This document shows, one piece after another, positions 49,360 through 61,142 of a stretch of DNA of 64,000 nt. The DNA is from Podarcis muralis (Eukaryota). The translations under genes and the position numbers were made by a program. The stretch is from contig NC_135667.1 of NCBI RefSeq assembly GCF_964188315.1, positions 16,802,001 through 16,866,000 of the forward strand, in the 5' to 3' direction. The notes under the pieces are model-generated. The model was given only the letters and a program-made list of their open reading frames with translations, was not told where the DNA came from and searched no databases. Position 1 is the stretch's first letter, and every line of letters begins with the position of its first letter.

Positions 49360-50250
49360 TACCTGCCTTCAGCCCCTGCGACGCTACCGGCGCAAACCAG
49401 CCGATATAAGGCGCTTTAGCTGCCCCGGCTGGAAGAATGGCGCATGCTCCAGTTACTGCGCGGGCTAGTTAACGGATTTTTCCCCTAGTAGCGCGCGTGC
49501 GCAAAAGACAGCACGGCGCATCTTCCGAGGCGCGAGGGCCCCCTTTCTGCGTAAACCAAACGCTCAGTGCGGCTCACGGTTGCTTGTATATGCGCACGCG
49601 CACGCTCAGCGCCCTCCCTCCTTGAGCCTCAACGGCTCGCCTTCTGGCGCAGGCGCACTTCTGCTCCTCCGCCCCTGGGAGGGAAGCACCGTCCCGGCCT
49701 CTGTGTCTTGCTCAATGCGAGCGGGTACCCGGATGTAGAGGCTAACTGCCAGGCGAAGCGACCAGAGTTGCGAGCGAGGGCTCCGAAGTGCATGCGCAGT
49801 CGCTGTCCCTGCGCCCCCTTGCTCCCGGGCTTAGGCGTCTTGGCCGGCCGTTGGGCCCTGAGTCCGGGCGGGGCTGAAGGGGAGGCGCCTGGGCTGAGCC
49901 CACCCCGCTCTCCCTCGGGAGGTGAGTGGCTGGGGGCGGCGGAAGGGCCCGGGGTTGCAGGCCTCCGGGGACGGAGGGGGACTGAGGGGAAAAGGCCCAA
50001 ACGGAGACGAGCCAGGCTTAGGAGGAGGCCCGTCCAGCACCTCTGCATTGGCTTCGTCTGCTCAGGCCCTGAAGGCCCCGCAGAGCAGCCAGCAATAAAT
50101 GGGAAGACAGGTTGCGGGTGGGCTGGCAGGAAGATCGCCGGCAAATCACTGCTGAGGAGCGAGGAAGGAGCTGAGTGAGGGTGGCTGGAGTGGGGCGGCC
50201 AGGAGGCGGAAATAAGAGCCCGAGGGGCAAAAAGAGGAGTGCAAAACACG
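49360..50250 (+). promoter_or_regulatory. KCTD13 CpG-island promoter and non-coding exon 1 (donor at 49921/22)
   Basis: Dense CpG; NRF1-like TGCGCACGCGCA and TGCATGCGCA; donor GAG|GTGAGT. Confidence 0.7.
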
Positions 50251-50346
50251 GGACACACTCCTGTTGTTTTCTGCTGACGTGACTCACAGGACACGGAGCT
50301 GGTTTGGTTTATTGTTGTTTATTGTTTTATTTGGTTTATTGTTGTT

Positions 50347-50402
50347 GGACCAGAGCACGCCAGGCACTCCTGTCTTCCACTGCCTCCCGCAGTTTGGTCA
50401 GA
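50347..50402 (-). repeat. Short BovB 3' fragment
   Basis: GGACCAGAGCACGCCAGGCACTCCTGTCTTCCACTGCCTCCCGCAGTTTGGTCAGA matches the 41877-41930 BovB sequence. Confidence 0.8.
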
Positions 50403-51117
50403 TGTTTGGTTTATATATTTTCATTTACAAACCAGCACCTTGCCCTTCTAATGCCCATGCACCTTTTAGGGTGGCTAACAACTAGAACCACAACTAAACA
50501 CAATAAATCTCCCCAACTCCCCAAAAAATAACAAAACAAGCATTAGATAAATAATTGTTCATCTGATAAAGCAAGTGCCTGCCTAAACAGGAAGGTTTTT
50601 GCTCTATGATGAAATGCTGTAAGAGAGGGGTACGGACAAAGAGGAGTCTTCCCTTGATTTCCACCAACTGAGCCTCAACTGTAATGAAGCCGCAAATGAT
50701 CGAGTTTCTTCCCAGAGAGTTGACAAGAAATGGGCAAGAATGGGATGGGAAGATAGTGTGTGGTGGTGGGGTGGGGAGAGGTATGTGTCAAACAGCAGTG
50801 AGACAGGTGGGTCTGAAACTGGCCTAAACGTTTTACAATGTTGTGCAGAGCACCCTTCGCCAACCTGGCACCCTCCGTATGTTCTGGGCTACCACTCCCA
50901 TTAGCCCCAGCTAATGGGGCTATTGATGTGAGTCAGTGGCCTGCAGTGACATTTTTCATAGGGAACAGTTAGATTCCAGCATTGCAGGGGGTTGGACTAG
51001 ATGACCCTTGTGGCCCTTTCCAACTCTATGATTCTAAGTTCTATGAGTCCCTGCACATACCTCGCAACTAGTAGTGTGGGGATAACAATACTGGTCAGCC
51101 TTACAGGGTTGTTGCAC

Positions 51118-51240
51118 TAGTAGTAGTAGTAGTAATAATAATAATAATAATAAAAATAATAATAATTTTATTATTTAAACTCTGCTCATCTGGCTGGGTT
51201 TCCCCAGCCACTCTGGGTAGCTTGCAGCATATATAAAAAC
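51118..51240 (-). repeat. (TAG)n/(TAA)n microsatellite tail plus an L2 3' end
   Basis: TAGTAG...AATAAT, then CATCTGGCTGGGTTTCCCCAGCCACTCTGGG, the same L2 3' UTR as at 41750. Confidence 0.7.
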
Positions 51241-51416
51241 ATAGTAAACATAAACTAGGCTAGTCCACTAGTCCAAGGAGCGGATGCCCCTGATGTAAGT
51301 TGTAGTCCAAAACATCTGGTGAGTATCTGATTGATGGAGGCTGCGCTCTGCTATGAAAGTTAGAAGTGTGTGCAAGGGCTGGGGGGTTGAGACAAAAGGC
51401 TCCACAGGCCCTACTC

Positions 51417-51620
51417 CAGAGCTTTCCAAACTTTTCAAGTTGGTGACACATTTTTTGGACATGCATCATTTCATGACACAGTAATTCAGTTTTACTAGCA
51501 AATTGGAGGTTAAACCAACCCATTCCAGCCCGAAGAGGAGTGCAGGGGAGCATTTGTGCGACATTCCTACACACTGCAGCTGACACACAAACGTGTTGCA
51601 ACGCAGTTTGGAAAACTCTG
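51417..51620. mobile_element. hAT non-autonomous element
   Basis: TIRs CAGAGCTTTCCAAAC / GTTTGGAAAACTCTG; perfect 8-bp TSD CCCTACTC at 51409-16 and 51621-28. Confidence 0.9.
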
Positions 51621-51705
51621 CCCTACTCCATCTAATCCAAGCCCCTTTGCAAGTATTGTGGTTTGGGAAGGCCTCCCTGCTCAATTTCTGTTTCTGCAGG
51701 TGGTT

Positions 51706-51967
51706 ATGTCAGCTGAGGCCACGGCAGACCAGGTCCCACCCCTGGAGAATTGTGCCCCGCTAGTCCCAATCCAGCAGCGACGGGATGGCGGCGGAGGGGT
51801 AGCTGGTGTGACCTTTGATCTCAAACCCCTTAACCCCAGCAGCAAGTATGTCAAGCTGAACGTGGGAGGGTCTCTGCATTACACCACAGTGCAAACCCTC
51901 ACCAAGCAAGACACCATGCTGAAGGCTATGTTCAGTGGCAGGATGGAGGTGCTCACAGATAGTGAAG
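51706..51967 (+). CDS. KCTD13: KCTD13 coding exon 1
   Basis: Acceptor at 51699/700, ATG at 51706; [42 protein letters not shown]; G|gtaagt. Confidence 0.93.
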
Positions 51968-52524
51968 GTAAGTGTCTCTCCACTCAACCCTTCTCCCAAT
52001 CCAGGTTTCCTGCTCAGCTGAGATTATATGGTATACTAAAATAAATAAACTTTAATACTTTTTGGACCAAAAGCCCCCAAAGCCGTGAACAGCACTACTG
52101 CATTTTAAAGAAATATATAGGAAAAGTGCAATGCATGTAATATCAAAGTGATATTAAAAAATAGCAAGAAAATTCAGTCAAGAATATAAATGATGTAATA
52201 GGAACTAGTTATCAATAAGTGTGGCACATTGGAGGCGACAGAAATCTGCCATTCTATATGGCTTCTTTGCAGAAGCAAAAAAATCAGAACTACCTCACAC
52301 CTGCTTCTGATAGGATGAACAGTGAACCCCAGGGGGAAAATTCAGGTTCATATTTTTAAAAGATATGAGCAGCTTTCTAGTCAAAGACAATGTTTGATAA
52401 CTTGGTATCAAGGATCTGTTACAGCTAGAAGCTTACATTTTGTTTGTGAGATAAAATATCCTAAATTTCCTCAAGGACCTATCCTAAATACCTCAATTAC
52501 CACCTCCTTCCATATGAACCTACC

Positions 52525-52879
52525 CAAACCCTGAGATCATCCTCTTAGGCCCTTCTTTGTGTGCCTTCTCCACAAGAGGTCTGCAGGGTGGCAACACGAG
52601 AGCAGGCCTTTTCTGTAGTGGCTCCCCACTTGTGAAATGCTCTCCCCAGGGAGGTTCGCCTGTCGCCTTCATTATACACCTTTAGGTGCCAGGCAGAAAC
52701 GTTGCTTTTTGACCAGGCCTTTGGTTGACTGACATTCAGTGCCCTTTTTAAATGTGTTGGTGGGGTTATTGGGTTGTTACTGTTTTTATTTTGATTATGT
52801 ATTCTGTGTTTCTATATCACGATTTTATCCTGTGAACTGCCCTGAGACCGGCAGGTATAGGGCGGTATACAAATTAAAT
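52525..52879 (+). mobile_element. L2 LINE 3' end
   Basis: RAFSVVAPHL*NALPREVRLSPSLYTFRCQAETLLFDQAF; CTGCCCTGAGACC...GGGCGGTATACAAAT. Confidence 0.8.
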
Positions 52880-53239
52880 GTTGTTGTTGTTTAGTCGTGT
52901 CCGACTCTTTGTGACCCCATGGACCAGAGCATGCCAGGCACTCCTGTTTTCCACTGCCTCCCACAGTTTGGTCAAACTCATGCTGGTAGCTTTTAGAACA
53001 CTGTCCAACCATCTCGTCCTCTGTCGTCCCCTTCTCCTTGTGCCCTCCATCTTTCCCAACATCAGGGTCTTTTCCAGGAAGTCTTCTCTTCTCATGAGGT
53101 GGCCAAAGTATTGGAGCCTCAGCTTCAGGATCTGTCCTTCCAGTGAGCACTCAGGGCTGATTTCCTTAAGAATGGAGACTCTCAAGAGTCTCCTCCAACA
53201 CCATAATTCAAAAGCACCAATTCTTCGGCGATCAGCCTT
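52880..53239 (-). mobile_element. Short 5'-truncated BovB with a 27-bp internal deletion
   Basis: KADRRRIGAFELWCWRRLLRV[del]SILKEISPE...KSRTRL; (CAA)n tail; TSD AAATTAAAT at 52871-79 and 53241-49. Confidence 0.92.
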
Positions 53240-53451
53240 CAAATTAAATAGAAAATAAAATATTGTAGCTTCATTAGCAAAATTATATACAAAGACAGAA
53301 ATGTTTGGATTTCCCTCTAAATGTTTTAAAGCGTTCTCCAGAACAGAGCTACTTTTAATTTTATGTGCAAGAGATCCTTCTCTCCTGGTCTCTGCTTCTG
53401 CCCCCCAAAGACCTTTTGTTCAGATACTAAAATTCTGTTCTTCCTTTCCAG

Positions 53452-53621
53452 GCTGGATCTTGATTGACCGAAGTGGGCGCCATTTTGGAACCATCCTGAA
53501 CTACTTGCGCGATGGCTCTGTCTCTCTCCCTGAATCCCAGCGGGAGCTGGAAGAAGTGCTATCTGAGGCCCGGTACTACTTGATCCAAGGCTTGGTTGAG
53601 GACTGTCAGCTTGCCCTGCAG
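53452..53621 (+). CDS. KCTD13: KCTD13 coding exon 2
   Basis: ttccag|GCTGG...CTGCAG|gtgag; [21 protein letters not shown]. Confidence 0.95.
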
Positions 53622-54061
53622 GTGAGCTGGTCACCTGCTGAGCAGTTAGGAGGCAGGCAGACTCCTCTGAGCCTCAAGCAGTTTGAAGGAACTGGGGAGA
53701 CGAAGAGGTGAGTTAGTAAGGCCCACTTGCCTTAGCCTGATTTGGACGACCTGCTACTTGGCCTCTCCCTCTCAGAACTGTCTCCCGCAGTGATTGTTCC
53801 ATCTGGTGGTTGTAACCATCATGCAACATTATCTAAAAACTGATTCCCCCGTTTGCATATTTTTCTTCTTCCTCCCCATCCTTCCACCCTTATTTTGTTA
53901 ATGTGTTAAATAAACTGTATGTCATTTGTTTTAATTTATAAACGTCCATGAGTGCACTGGTAAAAAGGCAGTACATAAGTGTGGTATGTTAATAATATGT
54001 GGCATGTTCTAGGGCGTCTAATAAGGTTGTAATATATTTGTATGTATCTTTTTCTGCCTAG

Positions 54062-54151
54062 CAAAAGAGTGAGGCCTATGACCCCCTCTGCCATATCCCC
54101 ATGGTGACCTCTCCCAAGGAGGAGCAGCAGATCATCTCAAGCTGTTCCAAG
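54062..54151 (+). CDS. KCTD13: KCTD13 coding exon 3
   Basis: cctag|CAAAAG...TCCAAG|gtaaa; QKSEAYDPLCHIPMVTSPKEEQQIISSCSK. Confidence 0.93.
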
Positions 54152-54618
54152 GTAAAGAGGCTGTGAAGTCACATAAGGCTCAAGTCCAAGAAGATCGTGT
54201 AGATTTGCACCATTTTAGACTGGTTGACTTAGATGTCTTCTTGCTTGTTTAGGGCCAGTGAGGTGATACTCGTGAGAGCAGATGGCGTCTGCCCCCATTA
54301 GTGAAGTACTAAGTTGCAAAGCTTCTTAGCCTTCTAGCTAAAATCAAGCACTACCTACTATAAGACGTAGGTTGGGACTCCAGTCTCGTGACCCATTCAA
54401 GTCATGAAGACTTGCCATGTGACACAGTTTAACACATGGAATTGTTGACACAGCATAAAATGGGTCTGTTGTGAACATACACACACCAGAAGTTAGAACA
54501 TATATGAACATTTCATGAAATCACAGTAGCTCAGCCAATGGCAAAGGTGACAGTTTCTCTTATGCAGGTTAAAAAAATAGTTTCCACCATATTTATCCTT
54601 CTTTTCCTCCTTTCTTAG

Positions 54619-54671
54619 CCTGTGGTGAAATTGCTGCATAACCGAAGTAATAACAAGTATTCATATACAAG
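54619..54671 (+). CDS. KCTD13: KCTD13 coding exon 4
   Basis: tcttag|CCTGTG...ACAAG|gtaag; PVVKLLHNRSNNKYSYT. Confidence 0.95.
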
Positions 54672-54680
54672 GTAAGATGC

Positions 54681-54681
<1 letters not shown>

Positions 54682-54721
<40 letters not shown>
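54682..54721. repeat. (CA)n microsatellite
   Basis: About 20 CA units in KCTD13 intron 4. Confidence 0.9.
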
Positions 54722-54723
<2 letters not shown>

Positions 54724-54809
54724 CGCCCATTCTTGACTCCCACCTCCTGGCTAATAGAGGTGTCTTAAGAGAGATCACACCACCATTTCTCCCTTTCCCT
54801 CCCCTCCAG

Positions 54810-55005
54810 TAACTCTGATGACAACTTGCTGAAGAATATCGAACTGTTTGACAAGCTGGCTCTGCGGTTCAATGGCCGAGTACTCTTCATCAAAGATGTT
54901 CTTGGGGATGAAATCTGCTGCTGGTCGTTTTATGGGCAGGGCCGCAAGATTGCTGAAGTCTGCTGCACCTCCATTGTGTATGCCACCGAGAAGAAGCAGA
55001 CCAAG
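54810..55005 (+). CDS. KCTD13: KCTD13 coding exon 5
   Basis: ctccag|TAACTCT...ACCAAG|gtaat; [30 protein letters not shown]...EKKQTK. Confidence 0.95.
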
Positions 55006-55793
55006 GTAATGTGCAGACCCCTGAGCTTCAGATATGAGCTTTCACCTTCAGGATAAATTGTACCTGCTCTCCAATATGTCTGATCTTGCTCCTTCCCTCC
55101 CTCTCTCCGTGGTGTCTGCCCGAAAATGGCTACTGCCAACCAGCAAAGCAGAAACAAAGAAGTAAGGAAGTTGGCTGTTTGGATAAGTGAATGTCCTTTA
55201 TGTGCTGATAAGTGAATTTTTGGATAGCAAGCGTGTGGATCGCAGAACCTGTGTGTACTGCTTTTCAGGCAAACATCACATATTTTCTTAGAAAAAACAA
55301 TATAAATTAAAACTATATTATAAGGCAATAAAGAGAGAGCCACAGGGAAGAAAGCTTTTTGAAAGCGAGGCCTCTCCTTCCTTCAGGGCATGGTGGTCCT
55401 TAGGTAGCCCTCTGGTGGCATTTGGGGGAGGGAGTGGACCCATACATGGGAGAACAGAACCTGAGAGGAAGAAGAGGTTTCCCCCTAGGCCACTCAAATG
55501 ACTCTCTGGATGAAGTGCTACTTCAGCTCAACTCTCCCACTTCCAGTTCTTCCCACCTAGCGAAACTGCAGCTCTGCTTACATTTTTATGCATCAAGGAG
55601 TTCAGAGCAGCTGTTGAGTTTTAGCCTTGCACTATGTGAGTTAAGTTAAACTGGAAAAAAACTGTAAAGCTCAAGTTCACCAAGCAAGGATTTGAACCCA
55701 GGATTCCATTTTGAAACCAAACACTTGCACCACACTGTGGACAGAACTGGTGTTGCTCAGTATGCTCTTGTTTTGCTGCCCCCATGTGCACAG

Positions 55794-56036
55794 GTGGAGT
55801 TCCCAGAGGCACGGATCTTTGAGGAAACCCTGAACATCCTGATCTACGAGACGCCACGAGTGCCAGACAAGGCCCTCCTGGAGGCAACAGGTGGGGTGGC
55901 GGGTGGGGGTGGAGGCCCCCTCCGTGCAGGTGACGACGAAGATGGGCGGGAGCACCGTGTCCGGCGCATACATGTCCGTAGGCACATCATGCATGATGAA
56001 CGTCCTCACGGCCACCAAGCTGTTTTCAAAGACTGA
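55794..56036 (+). CDS. KCTD13: KCTD13 terminal coding exon
   Basis: gcacag|GTGGAG; VEFPEARIFEETLNILIYE...AVFKD*. Confidence 0.95.
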   Translation: MEFPEARIFEETLNILIYETPRVPDKALLEATGGVAGGGGGPLRAGDDEDGREHRVRRIHVRRHIMHDERPHGHQAVFKD

Positions 56037-59000
56037 TCCCGCCTCGCTCGCAATGTCCTCATTACTCCATCCATTTAGTGCCAAAGGAGGACCTGTTTTC
56101 TCCTTTTGATCTTTCACCTCAAGGTCTTCTCATTGATGTTTGCATCCTTTTCTAACCTCTCTCCCCCTCTGGGCTGCTTTTCTGCCCTCTTGCTATCCCT
56201 TGACTTTATTAAGCCCTCCTTTTTATTGTGACAATTGACCTCTTGGTCTGCCCCTTCATTTTACTGGCATGCTCTTTCCAGCTGTTAAACCCGACTTCCC
56301 CTCACCACCCCACCTGTCTCATAATCTGCAAGACACCACTGAAACCTGGTTTGTGGTCCTTTATTCAAAACCTCTTGACCCTGAACCTTTCCAACCTGAG
56401 ACCGACTGACTCTTAACTGTCCTCTAAACTTAGGATCCATGGAAAACAACATTATAACTGAGAGAGCTATATGTGAGCAAAGCATATGAATCAGGGGAGC
56501 CTACATTCCATCTCAGCTTAATACTGGGCCTCTGGTGACTTCCATTTTGTAACACTGTTATTGGCCTCTTTCAAAGGTCACAGACGAGGTGCTACCTAGA
56601 CAGGGGTGTGTCAGTTCTTACATATTTACCAACTTTGATCTCTCCATTCTGGAGTCTTCTGCCCTTTGCTTTATGGTACATAGTTGTTTTTTTATTGGTC
56701 AACCCCCAACCCACCCTTGGTTTCTGTTCGCCTACTTTTAACTTCTCTGTTGAAGAAACTGGCTGGATTTAAGATAATGCATAAATTGTTCAGACAAAAA
56801 CTGGCTACACTCCATTTAAAATTTTTGATAATGGCATTGACATAACTGGGATTATACAACATACTTATTAGTGTCTTTTTTTCTGGAATAATTTCCACTA
56901 CATTTAGCCTCCTGTGAGCAAAGGAGATTAAATCCAGTGTTAATCAGCCACTTAAAAAATTCATGCATACAAACTTGGCACCTTTAACCTTTGCATTAGA
57001 GCAGGAGGTAACAGTCGTGAAATTGGTTCTTATTACTTATTGTCCTTCTGGGAAAGATGTCAGTCAGATAACAGCTGCTATTTTAATTTTTTTTGTCTGG
57101 GTCAAAAACACAGTTTGACTGTCTCCTTAGGTGTTGTGTGACCTGGACCCTGATTCCATCCAAACTATTCTGTCCCACTTACAGGTACGACTTATATCAA
57201 AATATGTTAGATGCTTCAATCCCACACTTCATAGGCATCTACACACCATTACAAAACAGCGGAACATGGTCAGGTGACTCCCTTCAGACATAGATCTTGT
57301 AGGTACAGAAGTCTTACTTCTTCCTGCAGAGTTTGAGCACTTGCACTCTGCCCCCGGAATGCCTTCACCCCCTTGTTTTCCATGAGGTTGGGTGGAGGGG
57401 GAATCGGGGGTCCTCCAGAATACATTGGCCTACCAACTCCCATCAGCCCCAGCCAGCATGGCCAGTGATCTGGTTTGATGGGAGTTGTAGTCCATCCATA
57501 ACTGAAGGGCCACCATTTCCCCATCCTGCCACAGGGATGCCGCTTCATACAAACTTCAGCAAAGTGTAATATGGGACATTTCAACAGCCCTTTCAGTCAC
57601 CTGTCTCATGGAACAGGGTTTGGATATTAATGGTGGTGGATGGAGAGGGAGGGTGAAATTGCATTCTGTAAATGCAGACTGGTGCAGGTAACTTTACTGG
57701 AGAGAAGGTATTATTTTCCTCCATTCTTCTTTTCCCATCTCTATATCCTCCCCTCCCTGGAGGAGGTAACTTTCTTGAATTAATTATTGTAATTTTTTGT
57801 ATTTGCATAATTTATTTTAAAAATGTTTTTTTTCTATTAAGTTATTGTAATAAAGGTACCTGCTTAAAAATGGGGAAGTTTCCTGGTGTTTGTTTTAACT
57901 GGACAAGGATCTGTATCTCCAGGGCTTTTCCATGCCTGGACAGGCACATTTCCCAAAGAATATTAGTGACTTTAGTGAGCTGGATCATCCTTTTTTCTAA
58001 CCCAGGGGGTTGTGTTTATTGGACAATTACAGTTGCTAAAGAGGAAGGAGTTTTTGGCATAGTTGGCAGCACATGTGTGAAATCTTACCTTGCTAACACT
58101 TGGGCAGCTTCTCTGTTCATCTGCTGCCTGTGGCTTGCATTTTAGGAACCTAAAATTTAAGGTGGGTGCAGGTTTTCTCCAATTCTCCCCTTCTGTATTG
58201 TAGCAATGGAGAGCGTTTCAGCAGTCTGGTGGATGCCTTGGATTTTGTGAAGAGAGATGCTTATGGGGAAGGGGATCTGTATGTTGAGTGCCTCAGGCCA
58301 GAGGAAATGGAAGATCTACTGGCATTATCCAGACTGCTGGTATTTAATTGGAGAACATTATAGTGTGCCTGTCTTTCTATAATAGTATGCCTTGATTCAT
58401 ACTAGTTGATGGCAGCTGCTGCTGTAACTGGGGCCTTGGAGAAGAAGCAGAAGGGCTGGGCAGGCTTGAGGGGCTACAATGTAGTGGCTGGATGAGTGTT
58501 TTAATTTTAAGAAACCATATTTTGGTAACTTGGTATTCCTGCTTCCATATCTTGGTAGTTTCCTATCTCGTCTCGTACCCAGGGAAGAAGAGTCAGGCAG
58601 AGGTACGTTGCTAGTATAGATCTCATACTAGGATTAAACAAAGGCTTTTGCCCATTCAGAGCAGAACCCACTGTTTACAATGTATCTCAATCTAATAGGC
58701 AGCTGAGCCTTACACTAGTTTCTGCATTTTAACTCTGCATCCTCCTGTGCCAGAACATCTTATGTAGCTTCCTTCCCTGTGTGGTTGATTCTTCTAAATA
58801 TAAACAGCTATGATACAAAAAGTTAATCCTTAACAATGATCTACACCTTTCCAGTTGTCAAGGGTTAAAGTAGCAAAACCATATTGGCCTTGAGGGAATG
58901 AAGTTAACAAACCTTAGATTACTATGCTGTAAATTAGTCTTCTCTCAGCTGCAATTAGGCTGTGCTTAGCTTTGTTAATAGCAATTGCCCAACAGTATAA

Positions 59001-59379
59001 AAAAACCTGAAATTTGCAAAATGACCCAATGCCTACCCTAGTAGTGCTGCACAGTATCTGCAGTTTTTTTGTATTACTATATTATTTAAACATGAAACAC
59101 CTAGTGTTGCAGTTAAGTGATGATAAACTTTTAACCCTTATATGTACACTGTAGTTTGCAATCAATCTGCAAACAATCTCTACTTATTTTTTATATATAA
59201 AAGCAAGCCCCACTAAGCTCTATGTGAGCCACCACCAAGTATATTATTTATGATGCTATTTAAAGTATTTTTACCCTACCCTTCAGCCGACCAAGGCACC
59301 CAAAGCAGTTTACAGTAATGAGTAATATGGTCCCCTCCTTTACAATCTAAAACACCAAAGGAAACGAGATTGGAAGGTG

Positions 59380-60600
59380 GGGAGCATGAGGGCTGCGGCC
59401 CTGACTTGGGAGTAAGCCCCACTGAATTTAATGGCGCTTACTTCCGAGCAGACATGGCAGGGTTTGCAGCTTTAGTTGCGAAATCCTTACAGCTGTTATT
59501 CCTAGGACTGAGCGGGGCCGAAGCAAGAGTCCTGTGGCTGCTACTCACTTTGGTTTATGGATGGGGCCAAGTCGGTCTCACCCTTTCCATAATGTTCTTC
59601 GAGGGCGGCACGGGGAGCAGCCTATATATGAGAAAATATATAAAATTATACGGCGGGGGGGTGGGAAAGCACACGGTGCTTTTAAACTCCACAAGAAAAA
59701 CGCAACCAACCCAATTGTACGAAAGAAAGGGGCGGGTCAAAGAGTGAAGAAGCAAAGAAGAGGGAGGAGGGGGGAAAAAAAGCAACTCCCTCTAGTCACG
59801 TGATAGACGAAGTGATCACATGACAGAGGGCGGGTCACGCGGCACGGTTACCTCCCCGGAAGCTACGGCGCTTTGAGGATCAGGTGACCAGAGGAGGCCA
59901 AAGGGGGAAACCGGTCACGTGGCGGGGGCTGGCTGGGTGAATGTGCCGGGCGGGCTTGGCTGAATCGCCTGGGCCTGAGGAAGGTGAAGGGAGGAGAGCG
60001 GGGCTGGAGCGCAGGGGGGCCGCCTTGTAGTTGGGGGGCAGCCGGCCAGAGGCAAAGCGGGCAGCCGGGGCTTTGGGCGGAAGCGAAGGGGCTCCTTGAG
60101 TTAGGGCCTTCCTGGGGAGGTTCTCTTTTTTTTAATTTAAAAAAAGGAAAAAGGATCCCCCTTCAGGCGGAGGGTTCCTGGCTGTGATTTTGAGAGCGTC
60201 AGGCTGGGCCTAGAGTTATCTGAGCTCTGACGAAACAAGGGCCCCAGTTGACGGAACCGGGAAAGCGAGGCCGAAAAGGTTGGGAAAGACTGCGGAGGAA
60301 GTTTGCGACCCCAAAAGCGGGGGCGGTAGATCTGGGCTGGTGGGGTTTTTTTTTAATAAAAAAGGAAAGACTACGGGAAGCAAAGCTGTTAGCAAAGGTT
60401 GCGGGGTGGGTGGGAGTCGCCTCGAGTGTGGGGGTGTAAGCAAGGGAAAAAGCCTTTTTTTGCTGCTCGTAAGGAAGAAAGCTTCTGTTACGGTTGTAGG
60501 GAGGTGCCGCGTTTGGGGCTGGATCCTTGGGTTGGTTGGTTTTTCAGCCGGGAAGCGCTAACTGGGGTGGGTGGGGTACCGTAGGGCAGACAGACAGCTA
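59380..60600 (+). promoter_or_regulatory. CpG-island promoter of the NUFIP2-like gene with CLEAR/E-box motifs
   Basis: GTCACGTGAT 59795, ATCACATGAC 59815, GTCACGTGG 59914, GC box, ETS site CCGGAAG; candidate donor CAG|GTGACC at 59883/84. Confidence 0.65.
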
Positions 60601-61030
60601 AAACGGAAAACGAGGGGGCAACTTCCTCCCGAAGTTTTATACAGGTGTTTGTATACAGCGTAGGGTGTTAAAGCCCAAGCTGCAGAGGTGGAAAGGAGTG
60701 TAGGTATACAAATAGAAGTAGTTTCCTTTGGTTCTTTAAGCTGCTGTAGCATTTCAGAAGTTGGGGAGCTCTGCGGGGTACCTGGCAACTTTCTCTGCCA
60801 CTGAGGTGACTTTTGCGGCTGCAAGAGAGTGAATAGCTTTCAGGCACAGGCTACTAATTTGCAGTGCAGGGAAACAGAGGAAGAGTAGAGTCGCTGGGCA
60901 CGCTGTGGTGTTTTGCTTCAAAAGGAGGCTGAGAGCAAGACTGTAGTCAGGACTCTGGGGTTTAGGAATACCTTCCACATCCTCGAAGCTCTATTGCTGT
61001 TGAGATCTGCATCACACACAGTCAGAGGCC

Positions 61031-61142
61031 ATGCAGAAGGAGGAGCTGGGAATGGATGAAAATCGCAACCCAGAGGAGGAGCTGCGTCTCCTCGGTGGAA
61101 AGAAGGAAAAATGCCACAACCTCAGCAACCGCATCCGGACAG
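61031..61142 (+). CDS. NUFIP2-like coding exon 1
   Basis: gaggccATGC; MQKEELGMDENRNPEEELRLLGGKKEKCHNLSNRIRT G|gtaac; phase 1 joins 63289, echoing the human NUFIP2 KKKTG|YGELNG junction. Confidence 0.62.

Larger units (their letters stand above)
51706..56036 (+). other. KCTD13: KCTD13 (BACURD1) gene, 6 coding exons, 337 aa
   Basis: join(51706-51967,53452-53621,54062-54151,54619-54671,54810-55005,55794-56036) = 1014 nt. BTB domain; the C-terminus EHRVRRIHVRRHIMHDERPHG distinguishes it from TNFAIP1 and KCTD10. Confidence 0.95.

Noticed and set aside
49567-50294. 203- and 221-aa ORFs in the KCTD13 CpG island
   Set aside because: Stop-poor GC-rich promoter sequence with low-complexity Arg/Pro/Gly composition.
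57672-58145. 157-aa + strand ORF and a candidate minus-strand gene (ATG GAA AGG|gtgag at 59590, exon 58127-58089)
   Set aside because: The next good acceptor (58036/35) implies a 53-nt intron and an immediate stop; no coherent protein could be assembled.
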